Origin: an uncultured Planctomycetales bacterium
GTDB lineage: Bacteria; Omnitrophota; Gorgyraeia; Zapsychrales; JAHFFX01
Assembly: GCA_964612665.1 (NCBI GenBank)
Contig: CAZTCI010000006.1
Coordinates: 77,750 to 141,749 of the forward strand
Length of the DNA stretch: 64,000 nucleotides
Reading direction: 5' to 3'
The position numbers were made by a program, and so were the translations under genes. The notes beneath the pieces are model-generated. The model did no database searches. It was not told the origin of the DNA and saw only the letters and a program-made list of their open reading frames with translations. Positions 34,657 through 44,851 of the stretch are shown here, piece by piece (position 1 is the first letter of the stretch; each line of letters begins with the position of its first letter).

Positions 34657-37101
34657 TTGAATAAACATTTCAAAAAGTATCTGCTCATTTTGTTTTCCTG
34701 CCTTTCGTTAAGCGGCATGAACGCCGAGGCCGCTACATTTACGATTAGTGATAGTGAAAGTGATCCCATTGCCGTTTCCAGCGGAGACACGGTGACCGTT
34801 ACGGGGACAGGTGCTTTGGATGTTTTGAATGTAACCAATGGCATCGACGGAGATACGGTGAGTAATGTGACTGTCACCGTGCAAAGCGGAGGACAGATTA
34901 CTGCTCAAGGTTCAAGAGTTACCGATGGCGTTGCTGGCCGGGCCATCGATCTCGGCGATAATGCCACGATTAACGTCAAGGATGGAGCAACTGTAGAAGA
35001 TTTTGGGCTGGATGTCACCTTCCCTGGAGATAATGCCAGCGCCATTGTGGCCGGCGCTAATTCGGCCATCAATGTAGATGGAACGGTTTTTACAACGCGT
35101 CCTGCCAATGGTAAAAATAATTTCTCACCGGGCATCGTGGCTGGTGCTGGTTCAGTCATCACTGTTGGCACCAACGGATTGGTTAAATCCAGAACCTCTA
35201 ATGGACCTGCAATCGAATTATCTGGCGGAGGAATGGTGGTTAACGCCGGGACTATTCAAACCATTTTTTTAGCCAATGCTGACGTCGGCGTTATCAATAT
35301 TCCAGCCGGCAACAGCACGGTCACGAATAACGGTAGTATTCTCACCAACGGCGCACATGAATCGATCGTCATGGGCACCGGTGGCACATCGACGGGTAAT
35401 GTGGTCAATCTGTATGGGAATGCCAATGTGGTTGGAAGCATGCGCAACGATGGCGCTTCTGGCGGCGCGCTGGTTAATTTTGGATATACAGGCAGTGCGG
35501 CTGATCTAGCGGCGGCGGTCAGCGTCAGTGCTGCCATTGGTTTGGCAGGAAATCCCTGGGACGGCCATGTCTACGCCGGTACCTCTACGATTAACGCTAG
35601 CGGGACATTTAACAATCTACAAATTGATTCCGGCGCCACGCTTACGGCTAACGATTATGTCAGTATCGGCGGCACTTTTACCAACACCGGTACCTTAAAC
35701 TCGACGAGCAATTATATCCAAAACGATGGTTCGACCTTAAGCGTTCTGGCCAACTCCAACACGAATTACGGTAAGATTGTGACGACGAGCCCCGCCACTG
35801 TTTCGGCTGACAGCACTTTGAAATTTAATTTAACAGGAACGATTTCCGACAACACAGACTTTAAAGTCATCGATACATCGGGACAAGGGATTGGGAATGT
35901 GCCAGGGACCATTACAACTGACAGCGCGTTTTTTAGTTTCACTGCTTCCGATGCCAGCGGTGATTTGGTTGTGACTTCTCATCGTACAGGCGTTACCTTC
36001 AACAGTATTGCGGCCAATACAAATGCAGGCAGTGTAGGAACGGTTCTGGATAACATGAATAATCCGTCGAGCGAGATGAGTAACATTTTGAGCGCTCTTG
36101 AGGCATCGCCGGCAAGTGAAGTCGCCAATAGCATTAATTCGTTTAGTTCCAAATTTGATAATACGATCCCGCAGGTTAGCCAGACGACGATGGATCAGTT
36201 TGTGGCAAAAACCATAAATCACACGAGCACGAGTGACAACAGTGTTCCGACGGGCGTATCGACAGGAAGCGAGATGCGCCATGATTGGGCCATGTGGGCT
36301 GAAGGCTTTGGCGGTGGTTTGCATCAGTTGGCTCAAGAGGCGAGTCAGGGCTATAACGCCCGTATCGGCGGCACCATTCTCGGGATTGAAAGAGATGCGT
36401 GGGATACTGGGAAGGCAGGATTTTCCCAAGGGTGTTCCCAGTCCCTTATTAGAGGAAAGGACAACGCGAATAATTCGAACATTGCCAGTTTCCAAAGTTC
36501 TTTTTATGGATTGTTTAACATCGGCGCCTACTACGTTAATGCCGCCTTCTCGTTTGGCTACAACCGTTATCATAATTCACGCGAGGTTAATGATCTTGGC
36601 ACCATTCTTACAGCGGTTTTTCACGTCGGTGGAGAACAATATTCTCCTTACATCGAGGGCGGTTATACATTCAATTATGGCAATTGGCAGATTACCCCGC
36701 TGGCTTCATTTGAATATATGAAGCTTTATATTCCAGGTTATACAGAAAGCGGCGCCGGAGCTTTAGACTTGCAGGTTGATGCGCAGGATTATAATTCAGC
36801 TCAGACGGGTTTTGGATTCAAACTCGGATGTCCGATTGCAGACAAATTCCTTCCCGAATTTAAATTCAAGTGGCTGCATGATTGGGTGGGCGATCCTATG
36901 GAAAATACGGCGAGCTTTACCGGTGGAGGGACTTCATTTAAGACCGTTGGGTTTACTCCTGATCGAAACACATATGAATTGGGCGCCCAATTAACTTTAT
37001 TGAACAAGGGAGCCGCCGTCGTCAGCGTAAGCTACAATGCCGATTTTAGAAAAAATTTCGTGAGTAATGTCGGTTATCTAAATGTTCGGCATGATTTCTA
37101 A
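34657..37101 (+). CDS. Autotransporter (type Va): signal peptide, Gly/Thr/Asn-rich beta-helical passenger, C-terminal beta-barrel translocator
   Basis: Signal peptide MNKHFKKYLLILFSCLSLSGMNAEA. The passenger is rich in 'GxxG/NxT' tandem degenerate repeats. The C-terminal '...SVSYNADFRKNFVSNVGYLNVRHDF' ends in an aromatic residue, as in the autotransporter beta-domain. Confidence 0.8.
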   Translation: MNKHFKKYLLILFSCLSLSGMNAEAATFTISDSESDPIAVSSGDTVTVTGTGALDVLNVTNGIDGDTVSNVTVTVQSGGQITAQGSRVTDGVAGRAIDLGDNATINVKDGATVEDFGLDVTFPGDNASAIVAGANSAINVDGTVFTTRPANGKNNFSPGIVAGAGSVITVGTNGLVKSRTSNGPAIELSGGGMVVNAGTIQTIFLANADVGVINIPAGNSTVTNNGSILTNGAHESIVMGTGGTSTGNVVNLYGNANVVGSMRNDGASGGALVNFGYTGSAADLAAAVSVSAAIGLAGNPWDGHVYAGTSTINASGTFNNLQIDSGATLTANDYVSIGGTFTNTGTLNSTSNYIQNDGSTLSVLANSNTNYGKIVTTSPATVSADSTLKFNLTGTISDNTDFKVIDTSGQGIGNVPGTITTDSAFFSFTASDASGDLVVTSHRTGVTFNSIAANTNAGSVGTVLDNMNNPSSEMSNILSALEASPASEVANSINSFSSKFDNTIPQVSQTTMDQFVAKTINHTSTSDNSVPTGVSTGSEMRHDWAMWAEGFGGGLHQLAQEASQGYNARIGGTILGIERDAWDTGKAGFSQGCSQSLIRGKDNANNSNIASFQSSFYGLFNIGAYYVNAAFSFGYNRYHNSREVNDLGTILTAVFHVGGEQYSPYIEGGYTFNYGNWQITPLASFEYMKLYIPGYTESGAGALDLQVDAQDYNSAQTGFGFKLGCPIADKFLPEFKFKWLHDWVGDPMENTASFTGGGTSFKTVGFTPDRNTYELGAQLTLLNKGAAVVSVSYNADFRKNFVSNVGYLNVRHDF

Positions 37102-37912
37102 AATCGTTTGGATAGTTCTGTTAGTTTTCCTCGGAGCATGCACCACAATTCCTTCGCATCAAGAAAGAACCACCCTTAGCGATCAATTGGCCTCAGCCAA
37201 CGGATTTCAAAAATCCTTCATCAAAACTCATTCATTCACTCTCACCGTTTATAGCCGTTTGAAATCCGTCGGCCAGCCTATTCACATTTATATTGAAGGC
37301 GACGGCGTAAGTTGGATATCTCGCACCAAATCTTCAAACGACCCAACTCCTGACCAGCCGCTTGTTTTAAAATTAGCAACCCTTGATACCGCCGAGAACG
37401 TGGCGTATCTGGCCCGGCCAGGACAATATGCCGAGGAGAATACACCGGACTGCGATCCAGTGTATTGGTCGAATAAACGTTTTTCCGAAGAAGTCATTGA
37501 ATCGATGAACGAAGCGGTCAGTGCCTTGGCGTCTCGAGCCGCAACTAAGCAAATTCATTTGATAGGATATTCCGGAGGCGCCGCCGTCGCAGTCTTAATC
37601 GCCGCCAGACGCAGTGACATCATGAGCATCAAGACCATTGCCGGAAATTTAAATTCAAAAGCGGTTTGCCAATATCATCATGTTAACCCGTTGGAAGGAT
37701 CGCTTGACCCTTTCTCCGTCGCCAGGAAAATAAAAAGCATTCCTCAGCGCCATTTTGTTGGATCAAAAGATCAGATCGTTCCGTTATTTATTGCCCAATC
37801 GTTTGTCCGGGAAGAGGGAGCCCGTGATGACCGGCAGATTACGGTTGTGCCCGGCGTTTCTCATTCAAGCGGGTGGGAAAAGATGTGGGGGCAGTTACAA
37901 AGTGGATTCTAA
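37082..37912 (+). CDS. Lipoprotein alpha/beta-hydrolase (GxSxG esterase/lipase)
   Basis: Lipobox 'FLGAC'; 'IHLIGYSGGAAVAV' contains the GYSGG nucleophile elbow. Confidence 0.6.
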   Translation: MFGMISKIVWIVLLVFLGACTTIPSHQERTTLSDQLASANGFQKSFIKTHSFTLTVYSRLKSVGQPIHIYIEGDGVSWISRTKSSNDPTPDQPLVLKLATLDTAENVAYLARPGQYAEENTPDCDPVYWSNKRFSEEVIESMNEAVSALASRAATKQIHLIGYSGGAAVAVLIAARRSDIMSIKTIAGNLNSKAVCQYHHVNPLEGSLDPFSVARKIKSIPQRHFVGSKDQIVPLFIAQSFVREEGARDDRQITVVPGVSHSSGWEKMWGQLQSGF

Positions 37913-38023
37913 GAAGCGCACAACGGCCAAGCGTCAAACAATTTCAATCCTACCGTGGTATAATCAAAACCTTGCTATCGATGGTATCTGTTTGAATGGT
38001 TAATTTACTGAAACGAATTCTCT

Positions 38024-38893
38024 ATGCGGTTGGATTGTATAAAAACATTCGTGGTTGTTTTTCTTATATCTTTTCTATGCATTGTAAATCTTAATGCCGC
38101 GATAGAAGATGAGAATAATTATAAACAAAGTCTCGACGGATATGTCCGTTATTTACCCAGCCTTTCTGAAGAAACGACGTCTGACCGTATCGACATTACT
38201 GAATCAAACCTCGAGTACAATTATGAATTGAAATTATTCAATCAAGTCCCGTTAGATTTAGGATGGGCTTTGCAGGATATTGCTATAAATAACGCGACTC
38301 CATTGGATCTTCCTGCGCATTTGGTAGGCATCGGTACAAATATTGAAACAGTTTTACCGATGTTTACGATAAACAATTTCTATGTCAATGTAGGAGTGAC
38401 GCCGGGATTTTATGGCGATAGTTTTAATTTTGATTCATCCAATTTTAAGCTTTCCAATCATTATGTCCTTGTTTACCGCCCGAATGAGAATTTGACATTC
38501 TTAGGAGGAGTAGCTATATACTATCATGAGGAAACTTCAAAATTTCCAATAGTTGGTGTTAACTATAAACCTAACGATAAATTAACATTTGATATAACAA
38601 CCGATGAGCAAAATATAAGTTATTCATTAAATGATAAAGTTGATTTATTTATTCGAGGCGGCGTTTCTATTGATGAATTTTCTATAAGACAGAATAACGA
38701 CGAGAAAACTGTTCGTTATGTAGAGCAACGTTTAGGGGGCGGAATAACATTGAAGATTAATAAATCTCTAAACTGTTCGATATCATCGGGGGAAATTTTT
38801 AACGCCACGCTTAAGTACAGGGATCTGCCCGGAAAAATTTCTTTAAAAGATGGAGCCTTATATACAGAATTCAGCCTGGAACTAAAGTTATAA
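38024..38893 (+). CDS. Secreted/outer-membrane hypothetical protein
   Basis: Signal peptide. Alternating hydrophobic pattern with frequent Y/F/N/G, suggesting a beta-barrel. Confidence 0.45.
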   Translation: MRLDCIKTFVVVFLISFLCIVNLNAAIEDENNYKQSLDGYVRYLPSLSEETTSDRIDITESNLEYNYELKLFNQVPLDLGWALQDIAINNATPLDLPAHLVGIGTNIETVLPMFTINNFYVNVGVTPGFYGDSFNFDSSNFKLSNHYVLVYRPNENLTFLGGVAIYYHEETSKFPIVGVNYKPNDKLTFDITTDEQNISYSLNDKVDLFIRGGVSIDEFSIRQNNDEKTVRYVEQRLGGGITLKINKSLNCSISSGEIFNATLKYRDLPGKISLKDGALYTEFSLELKL

Positions 38894-38913
38894 GGGAAAG
38901 AACCGGATTCAAA

Positions 38914-39594
38914 ATGCGTCTTTTAATTATCGAAGATGAGAAAAAAACAGCCGCTTATCTTAAAAAAGGACTTTCGGAAAGCGGCTTTATAGTGGACATC
39001 GCTGTCAATGGGGATGATGGTGTCCACCTCGCATTGACCAATGACTACGATTTGATTATTTTAGACGTTATGCTTCCCGCAAGAGACGGGTGGTCGATTA
39101 TGGCTGAAATCCGACGACAGAAAAAACAAACCCTGGTGCTTTTTTTAACCGCACGCGATTCTATTGAAGATAAGGTTAAGGGCTTAAGGTTGGGTGCGGA
39201 TGATTATCTGATCAAACCGTTTTCTTTTTCTGAGCTTCTGGCAAGGGTTCGATCAATTTTACGGCGTGTTCCCACGCGACAACCAGAAATTTTAAAGATA
39301 GCTAATCTTGAGATTGATTTTGTTCGTCACAGAGCGACGCGTGATGGAAAGCGATTAGACCTTTCTCCAAAGGAATTTATTCTTTTATCTTTCTTAGTCA
39401 GAAGAAAAGGAGAAGTTCTCTCAAGGACTTTGATCGCTGAACAAGTTTGGGATATGAACTTTGATAGCGATACGAATGTGGTCGACGTTGCGATCCGCCG
39501 GCTTCGCAGCAAAGTGGACGACCCATTTTCTATTAAGCTGATTCACACTGTTCGGGGAATGGGGTATGTTCTGGAAGAGAATAAAGAAAGATAG
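38914..39594 (+). CDS. OmpR-family response regulator, heavy-metal (CusR/CopR-like) type
   Basis: '[22 protein letters not shown]...[11 protein letters not shown]' receiver domain with Asp, followed by a winged-helix domain. Confidence 0.85.
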   Translation: MRLLIIEDEKKTAAYLKKGLSESGFIVDIAVNGDDGVHLALTNDYDLIILDVMLPARDGWSIMAEIRRQKKQTLVLFLTARDSIEDKVKGLRLGADDYLIKPFSFSELLARVRSILRRVPTRQPEILKIANLEIDFVRHRATRDGKRLDLSPKEFILLSFLVRRKGEVLSRTLIAEQVWDMNFDSDTNVVDVAIRRLRSKVDDPFSIKLIHTVRGMGYVLEENKER

Positions 39595-41002
39595 AGAAAA
39601 GAAATACGCCCAATCTTTTTCCATCACAAAAAGATTGACCATCTTATCTACCATTTCATCCCTCCTGATTCTTTTTTTATCCACAACATTTTTATATTGG
39701 ACGCTTAAAGACGATTTAGAAAATAAAGATGCCAAATTTCTAATCGACGAGATTGCGGAAGTTAAATCTAACTTAGAAGATCAGTCTTCCAATTGGGAAG
39801 ATGTAGAAAAAAGTATAAAGGTAAGCGAAACTGCCTATAGGTTTAGTAAATATTATAGAAGAATACTTGATGAGAATGGACGCATCCTTGTTGAGACCAT
39901 CGGAATGGATAAAATTATCCCCCCGAAAGTATTCCCGTCCCCCATTACCATCGATCCCGATGAGCTTGGAGAAAAATGGAAATCGCGGGAAGGGCAAACA
40001 TTTCTCACAATGAGTACGTGGGCCGATGCAACGCATAAGAAAAACAAATATGTTCTACAGTTAGCGGTTGATGTTTCTCAAGATGAGAACCTTGTTAATG
40101 CGTTTCGCGATAAGATGGCTTTAGTATTTTTTTTAGGGCTTGTTTTTTCTTGCGGGATTAATATTTTGGTCGCCAAAAGTGGGATGCAGCCTTTGAAGGA
40201 AATGACTAAAAAAATCCATCAGATTACGGCGAGTCAGCTTCATGAACGGATCTATCCAGAACGTTGGCCTAAAGAATTAAACGCTTTGGCGATTGCTTTT
40301 GACGAAATGTTGGATCGTCTCGAAGATTCCTTTGACCGGTTATCTCAATTTTCCATGAATCTGGCTCATGAGCTGCGCACGCCGATCAATAACTTGATGG
40401 GAGAGGCGCAAGTCGCCCTTTCTAAAGTGAGAACACCAAGTGAGTATGCCCAGATTCTCGAATCCAGTCTGGAAGAATTTTTAAAGCTTTCTCGAATGAT
40501 AGACAATCTGCTTTTCCTTGCGCGTTCTGAAAATAAAGAAATTAAGCTTGAACTTGTATCCTTTGATGCCCGACGGGAAATTAAAGCAGTTATTGAATTT
40601 TATGATGCCGTGGCCCAAGAAGGCGGCATTAAGGTTTTTTGTGACGGGGAGTCATCTTTAAAAGCGGATATAGGGTTGTTCAGACGGTTAATCAATAATT
40701 TACTTTCAAACGCTTTACAATACACCCCTCAAGGTGGGAAAGTGACCGTTTCGATTCTGCATACCGTTGAATATGTTGACATTGGTGTTAAGGATACGGG
40801 GATTGGTATTGATTACGAAGATCTTCCGAATGTCTTTAATCGTTTTTTTAGGAGTGAATCTGCACGCTCGAAATATCCCCAAGGGATGGGGTTAGGGCTT
40901 AATATTGTCAAATCCATTATGAATTTACACGGCGGCCATGTCATCATCCAGAGTATCCCCGGCCAAGGAACGAATGTGACTCTTCGTTTCCCCCAAATTT
41001 AA
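39566..41002 (+). CDS. Heavy-metal sensor histidine kinase (CusS-like)
   Basis: Two TM segments flank a periplasmic domain, then a HAMP domain, the H-box '[10 protein letters not shown]', and the N/G1/G2 boxes ('...GGKVTVSI...DTGIGI...[10 protein letters not shown]'). Confidence 0.8.
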   Translation: MFWKRIKKDREKKYAQSFSITKRLTILSTISSLLILFLSTTFLYWTLKDDLENKDAKFLIDEIAEVKSNLEDQSSNWEDVEKSIKVSETAYRFSKYYRRILDENGRILVETIGMDKIIPPKVFPSPITIDPDELGEKWKSREGQTFLTMSTWADATHKKNKYVLQLAVDVSQDENLVNAFRDKMALVFFLGLVFSCGINILVAKSGMQPLKEMTKKIHQITASQLHERIYPERWPKELNALAIAFDEMLDRLEDSFDRLSQFSMNLAHELRTPINNLMGEAQVALSKVRTPSEYAQILESSLEEFLKLSRMIDNLLFLARSENKEIKLELVSFDARREIKAVIEFYDAVAQEGGIKVFCDGESSLKADIGLFRRLINNLLSNALQYTPQGGKVTVSILHTVEYVDIGVKDTGIGIDYEDLPNVFNRFFRSESARSKYPQGMGLGLNIVKSIMNLHGGHVIIQSIPGQGTNVTLRFPQI

Positions 41003-41146
41003 GATTACAAAAATGTAATATTTTTGTAATTCTCCTGTCATATTTAATTAATATAATTAAAATCACATTAAAGAACTTGTAAGGAAAAACTGTCTGCTCA
41101 TTCTAATTTATTGCATCGTCAAAGGATTTTAACAAAAGGAGATAAA

Positions 41147-41587
41147 ATGAAACTAGTTAAAGGTTGGATGCTTGGGTTATTTGCATTGGGGCTTGTCGTA
41201 TTGTTGTCATCAACATCGTTTGCGGAAAAAGGACATGAACAAAGGAAAATAAAACTTCTAAATGATGCAGCGGAAGCTTTAAAGCAATCAAATCCACAAC
41301 TCGCGGATGGGCTGACTAAATTTGCAAATGAAGAAGCGGCAGAAAAAGAAGAAAAAGATGACAAGAAGAAAGAAGCGGAAGAAACAAAAGAAAATAACGA
41401 AAAGCAGCACGCGGAGCACATTCAGCTTTTAAAAGATTCTGCAGCCGCTCTACAGTCATCGCACCCGGAGCTCGCCGAGCATTTAACAAAAATGGCCAAT
41501 CATATGATGAAGAGAATGGAAGAGAAAAAAGAGGACAAGGAAGATTCTAAAGAGATGGAAGAAAAAGAAACGAACGATAAAAAATAG
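41147..41587 (+). CDS. Periplasmic two-repeat helical protein (Spy/CpxP/ZraP-like?), hypothetical
   Basis: Signal peptide. Two repeats, 'LLNDAAEALKQSNPQLADGLTKFAN' and 'LLKDSAAALQSSHPELAEHLTKMAN'. Immediately downstream of the CusRS-like pair. RBS AAAGGAGA. Confidence 0.5.
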   Translation: MKLVKGWMLGLFALGLVVLLSSTSFAEKGHEQRKIKLLNDAAEALKQSNPQLADGLTKFANEEAAEKEEKDDKKKEAEETKENNEKQHAEHIQLLKDSAAALQSSHPELAEHLTKMANHMMKRMEEKKEDKEDSKEMEEKETNDKK

Positions 41588-41607
41588 TCCCATCGCAAAT
41601 AAATCAA

Positions 41608-41644
41608 ATGCCCTCTAAAGCTCGAACCTTTAGAGGGCATTTTT
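41608..41644 (+). terminator. Rho-independent terminator ATGCCCTCTAAAG-ctcgaac-CTTTAGAGGGCAT + TTTT
   Basis: 13-bp perfect stem followed by TTTT. It overlaps the 5' extension of the ORF-track fabF call, which supports the downstream ATG at 41662 as the true start. Confidence 0.7.
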
Positions 41645-41661
41645 CTAGCAGAAAGCAAATA

Positions 41662-42903
41662 ATGAAACGACGTGTAGTCATCACAGGTTTGGGCATTGTT
41701 GCACCCAATGGAATCGGTAAGGATAGATTTTGGAAAGCAAATATAGAAGGGAAATCGGGCATAGATAAAGTCACCTCTTTCGATGTCTCCGTGCTTGATT
41801 CTCAAATTGCCGGTGAAATAAAAGAATTTAATCCAGTAGATTATTTTCCGTTTGAGGTTGTTAAGAGAGTAGATAGATTTGTGCATTTAGGGTTGGCGTC
41901 CGCGAAAATGGCTTTGGAAGACAGCCGTTTGAATTTAGAAAAAGAAGATAGGTCAAAAATAGGAGTGGTGGTTGGCTCAGGGTTGGGAGGCGTAATTTTT
42001 CATGAAGAGCAGATGATGGCCGCTTTACAAAAGGGTATCGATCGAATTCATCCTTTAAGTGTTCCGCGTGTTACTCCCAATGCCGTTGCAAGTCACATTG
42101 CTATTCAGTTTGGGTTGACCGGACCTAATTTGGTCATATCGACGGCGTGTGCCTCGGGGTCACATGCTGTCGGTGAAGGATTTCGAAAAATTCAATATGG
42201 CGAATTAGACTTATGCTTGTCTGGCGGGGCGGAAGCACCGGTGACTCAATGTACTTTTGGCGCTTACGATGCTTTAAAAGTTCTTTCAAGAAGAAATAAT
42301 TCTCCTCAAGAAGCTTCTCGCCCCTTTGATAAAGAACGTGATGGTTTTGTTTTAGCAGAAGGCGCAGCTATTCTCTGTTTAGAAGAACTGGATCATGCTC
42401 TGGCAAGAAATGCACATATTTATGCTGAGATCATAGGTTATGCGTCTAATTCGGGTGCCTACAATATGGTGATGCCTCATCCGGATGGCGAAGACGCCGC
42501 GAGGGTAATGGCGAGTGCTCTTAAAGATGCTAAGCTAAATACTAAAGATATAAATTATATCAATGCCCATGGGACCTCCACTCAAGCTAACGATAAAGCC
42601 GAAACAAAAGCTATAAAAAAAGTTTTTGGAGACGATGCTTATAAAATTCCTGTCTCATCGACAAAATCAATGATCGGACACAGTATCGGCGCCGCCGGAG
42701 CAATCGAAGCTTTAGTATGTGCCTTGGTCGTAGAAAATAATCTTATTCCTCCAACAATCAATTACAAAAATAAAGATTTGGATTGTGATTTAGATTTTGT
42801 TCCGAATGAAACAAGAAACGCCAAAGTTAAATTTGCCTTATGTAATTCTTTTGGTTTTGGGAGTTGTAATGTAAGTGTGGTGTTTGGCAAGGGGAAAATC
42901 TAA
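41662..42903 (+). CDS. fabF: Beta-ketoacyl-ACP synthase II (FabF/KAS II)
   Basis: 'RRVVITGLGIVAPNG', active-site 'TACASG' Cys, 'HGTSTQAND' and 'GHSIGAAG' His motifs. Confidence 0.85.
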   Translation: MKRRVVITGLGIVAPNGIGKDRFWKANIEGKSGIDKVTSFDVSVLDSQIAGEIKEFNPVDYFPFEVVKRVDRFVHLGLASAKMALEDSRLNLEKEDRSKIGVVVGSGLGGVIFHEEQMMAALQKGIDRIHPLSVPRVTPNAVASHIAIQFGLTGPNLVISTACASGSHAVGEGFRKIQYGELDLCLSGGAEAPVTQCTFGAYDALKVLSRRNNSPQEASRPFDKERDGFVLAEGAAILCLEELDHALARNAHIYAEIIGYASNSGAYNMVMPHPDGEDAARVMASALKDAKLNTKDINYINAHGTSTQANDKAETKAIKKVFGDDAYKIPVSSTKSMIGHSIGAAGAIEALVCALVVENNLIPPTINYKNKDLDCDLDFVPNETRNAKVKFALCNSFGFGSCNVSVVFGKGKI

Positions 42904-43169
42904 TGGATTACAATGAAATAGAATTGGAAATAAGAAAAATATTAGCTGAACAATTAAATCTAGATATCAGCAAAATCATTTTAGAGGCCAATCTCACGCC
43001 TGATTTGGGAATGGATTCGTTTAACTCAATTGAGATAGTATTTGAGTTAGAAGATAAATTTGAAATCAAAATATCCGACGCCGATATCGTTAAGGCAAAG
43101 ACCGTCAAAGATATTGTGGACTATGTGGTGATGCAAATAAATGCGAAAGGAGATAGTAAAAAAATTTAA
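42903..43169 (+). CDS. Acyl carrier protein (dedicated ACP)
   Basis: 'LGMDSFNSIEIV' has the DSL-like phosphopantetheine attachment Ser. Start overlaps the fabF stop. Confidence 0.8.
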   Translation: MDYNEIELEIRKILAEQLNLDISKIILEANLTPDLGMDSFNSIEIVFELEDKFEIKISDADIVKAKTVKDIVDYVVMQINAKGDSKKI

Positions 43170-43172
43170 CTT

Positions 43173-44084
43173 ATGTCTGTAAGCTTTGTTTTCCATATTA
43201 AAAGATCCAGTGCGCTTAAGTTAAATATTAAAGACGAGGCGGGATTATTTTTCAAAGGAGACAATGGCCGTCATGTGATTTTAATCCATGGTCTGACGGG
43301 GACTCCTTATGAGGTAGGGTTTTTGGCCAGGGCCTTGCATCGAAAAGGATATTCGGTGACCTGTCCTCGCCTGGCCAATCACGGTAAACCTATAGAAATA
43401 CTTAGAGACACAACCTGGCAGGAATGGTACCAATCGGTGCGTAAAGCGTTTTTTGATATTGAGGCTAAGAACGGCCGTGAAGAGATTTTTGTTGCCGGAT
43501 TATCGGTGGCCGCGCTTTTTTCACTATTACTGGCTGATGAATTTCCTCAAAGAATTTCGGGAGTCAGTTGTTTGTCGCCGACCATATTTTACGATGGATG
43601 GAATTGCACACGCTGGAAGTACTGGCTGCCGTTCGTTTATATGACACCTTTGAAGAATTTTTTCTATTTTAGAGAGGAACCACCTTACGGTATTAAGAAT
43701 GAAAATATCCGTCGGCGCGTGCACGAATATTACAGTAATGCGCGGATAGATGATTTGGAAAATATAAACCAGCACGGATATGCTTATTATCCTGTGGCTC
43801 TGCTTTATCAACATCATATATTGGTTAAACATTTAACCCCAAAGTTGCCTTTCATCAAAACGCCTGTGCAAATTATGCAAGCCCAGGATGATGACATGAG
43901 CAGTGTCAAGAATTCCCAATTTATTTATGACCGAATCGGTTCTCCAATCAAGGAGATCGTGATGCTGTATGATTCCTATCATATTATTACGGCCGACCAG
44001 GAGCGGGACAAGGTGGCCCAAAAAGCAGAAGAATTCTTTAACAAGATTTGCTCACAGAAAGTTTTGAAGGAAGTCAAAATATGA
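43173..44084 (+). CDS. Alpha/beta-fold hydrolase (esterase/thioesterase-like)
   Basis: 'HVILIHGLTGTPYE' oxyanion region and an 'AGLSVAAL' GxSxG-like nucleophile motif. Confidence 0.6.
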   Translation: MSVSFVFHIKRSSALKLNIKDEAGLFFKGDNGRHVILIHGLTGTPYEVGFLARALHRKGYSVTCPRLANHGKPIEILRDTTWQEWYQSVRKAFFDIEAKNGREEIFVAGLSVAALFSLLLADEFPQRISGVSCLSPTIFYDGWNCTRWKYWLPFVYMTPLKNFFYFREEPPYGIKNENIRRRVHEYYSNARIDDLENINQHGYAYYPVALLYQHHILVKHLTPKLPFIKTPVQIMQAQDDDMSSVKNSQFIYDRIGSPIKEIVMLYDSYHIITADQERDKVAQKAEEFFNKICSQKVLKEVKI

Positions 44085-44851
44085 TTAAGAATAGGATCGA
44101 TGAAAAACATTATCCGGCAGTCTTCAAAGATGTAAAAAATTTTTCCGGTGGGAATTTCTTATCTAATTTTTCATTAGTTTTATCGAACTTTAGGATTTTT
44201 TTGGATTTTGATAATACAATCACAACATGCGATGTTCTGGATGAGATTATCAAGAGATTTTCCATCAATAAAAAATGGATAGATTTAGAGAACGCCTGGC
44301 TGACCGACGAGATTGGAACTAAAGAATGTTTAAGTGGCCAATTGCGGGGAGTGAAGGTGACTAAAAAACGATTGTGCGAATATCTCGATGCTATCAAGCT
44401 TGACCATCATGTCCATAAGTTATTAACCTTTCTACAACAACACGGGGTCAAGCCCGTTATTTTGAGTGACAACTTTTCTTTTATCATTGAATATATTCTT
44501 CAAAACTACGGTATCAAAGATGTCAAAGTTTATGCCAACTCCATCAAATTTTATAAAGACCGGCTTATTCCGTCTTTCCCTTATGACAACCCTTTTTGTC
44601 CTTCCTGCGCTCATTGTAAAAAAATACATTTAACCAAAAATGGTCACGAAAATAAATTAATCGTGTACATTGGTGACGGCCATTCCGATATTTGCCCCGC
44701 CGAAGTTTCGGATATTGTTTTTGCTAAAGACAAATTGTTAGAGCACTTAAAAAAAGAGAAGAAGTGTATTCCATATGAGAATTTAGGCGATATTTATAAT
44801 TATTTTGAAGGAGTCGTCGATGGCATTAAAACAAATGGCAACCAAGATTAA
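44081..44851 (+). CDS. HAD-superfamily phosphatase (MtnX/phosphoserine-phosphatase-like)
   Basis: Motif I 'FLDFDNTIT'; the C-terminal 'YIGDGHSDICPA' is motif IV. ATG overlaps the upstream stop (ATGA). Confidence 0.65.
   Translation: MIKNRIDEKHYPAVFKDVKNFSGGNFLSNFSLVLSNFRIFLDFDNTITTCDVLDEIIKRFSINKKWIDLENAWLTDEIGTKECLSGQLRGVKVTKKRLCEYLDAIKLDHHVHKLLTFLQQHGVKPVILSDNFSFIIEYILQNYGIKDVKVYANSIKFYKDRLIPSFPYDNPFCPSCAHCKKIHLTKNGHENKLIVYIGDGHSDICPAEVSDIVFAKDKLLEHLKKEKKCIPYENLGDIYNYFEGVVDGIKTNGNQD

Noticed and set aside
34644-37007. Many ORFs of 60-250 aa on the minus strand and in alternative frames inside the autotransporter gene (e.g. 35830..36573 -, 36233..36721 +, 34905..35174 -)
   Set aside because: They lie entirely within a strongly supported 814-aa autotransporter CDS in a GC-rich, low-stop-density region. 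They have no RBS or recognisable domains, so I treat them as compositional artefacts.
41608-41661. ORF-track 5' extension of fabF starting at ATG 41608 (MPSKARTFRGHFSSRKQI...)
   Set aside because: The extension is made of the upstream gene's rho-independent terminator hairpin (ATGCCCTCTAAAG...CTTTAGAGGGCAT-TTTT). The canonical FabF N-terminus MKRRVVITGLG starts at 41662.
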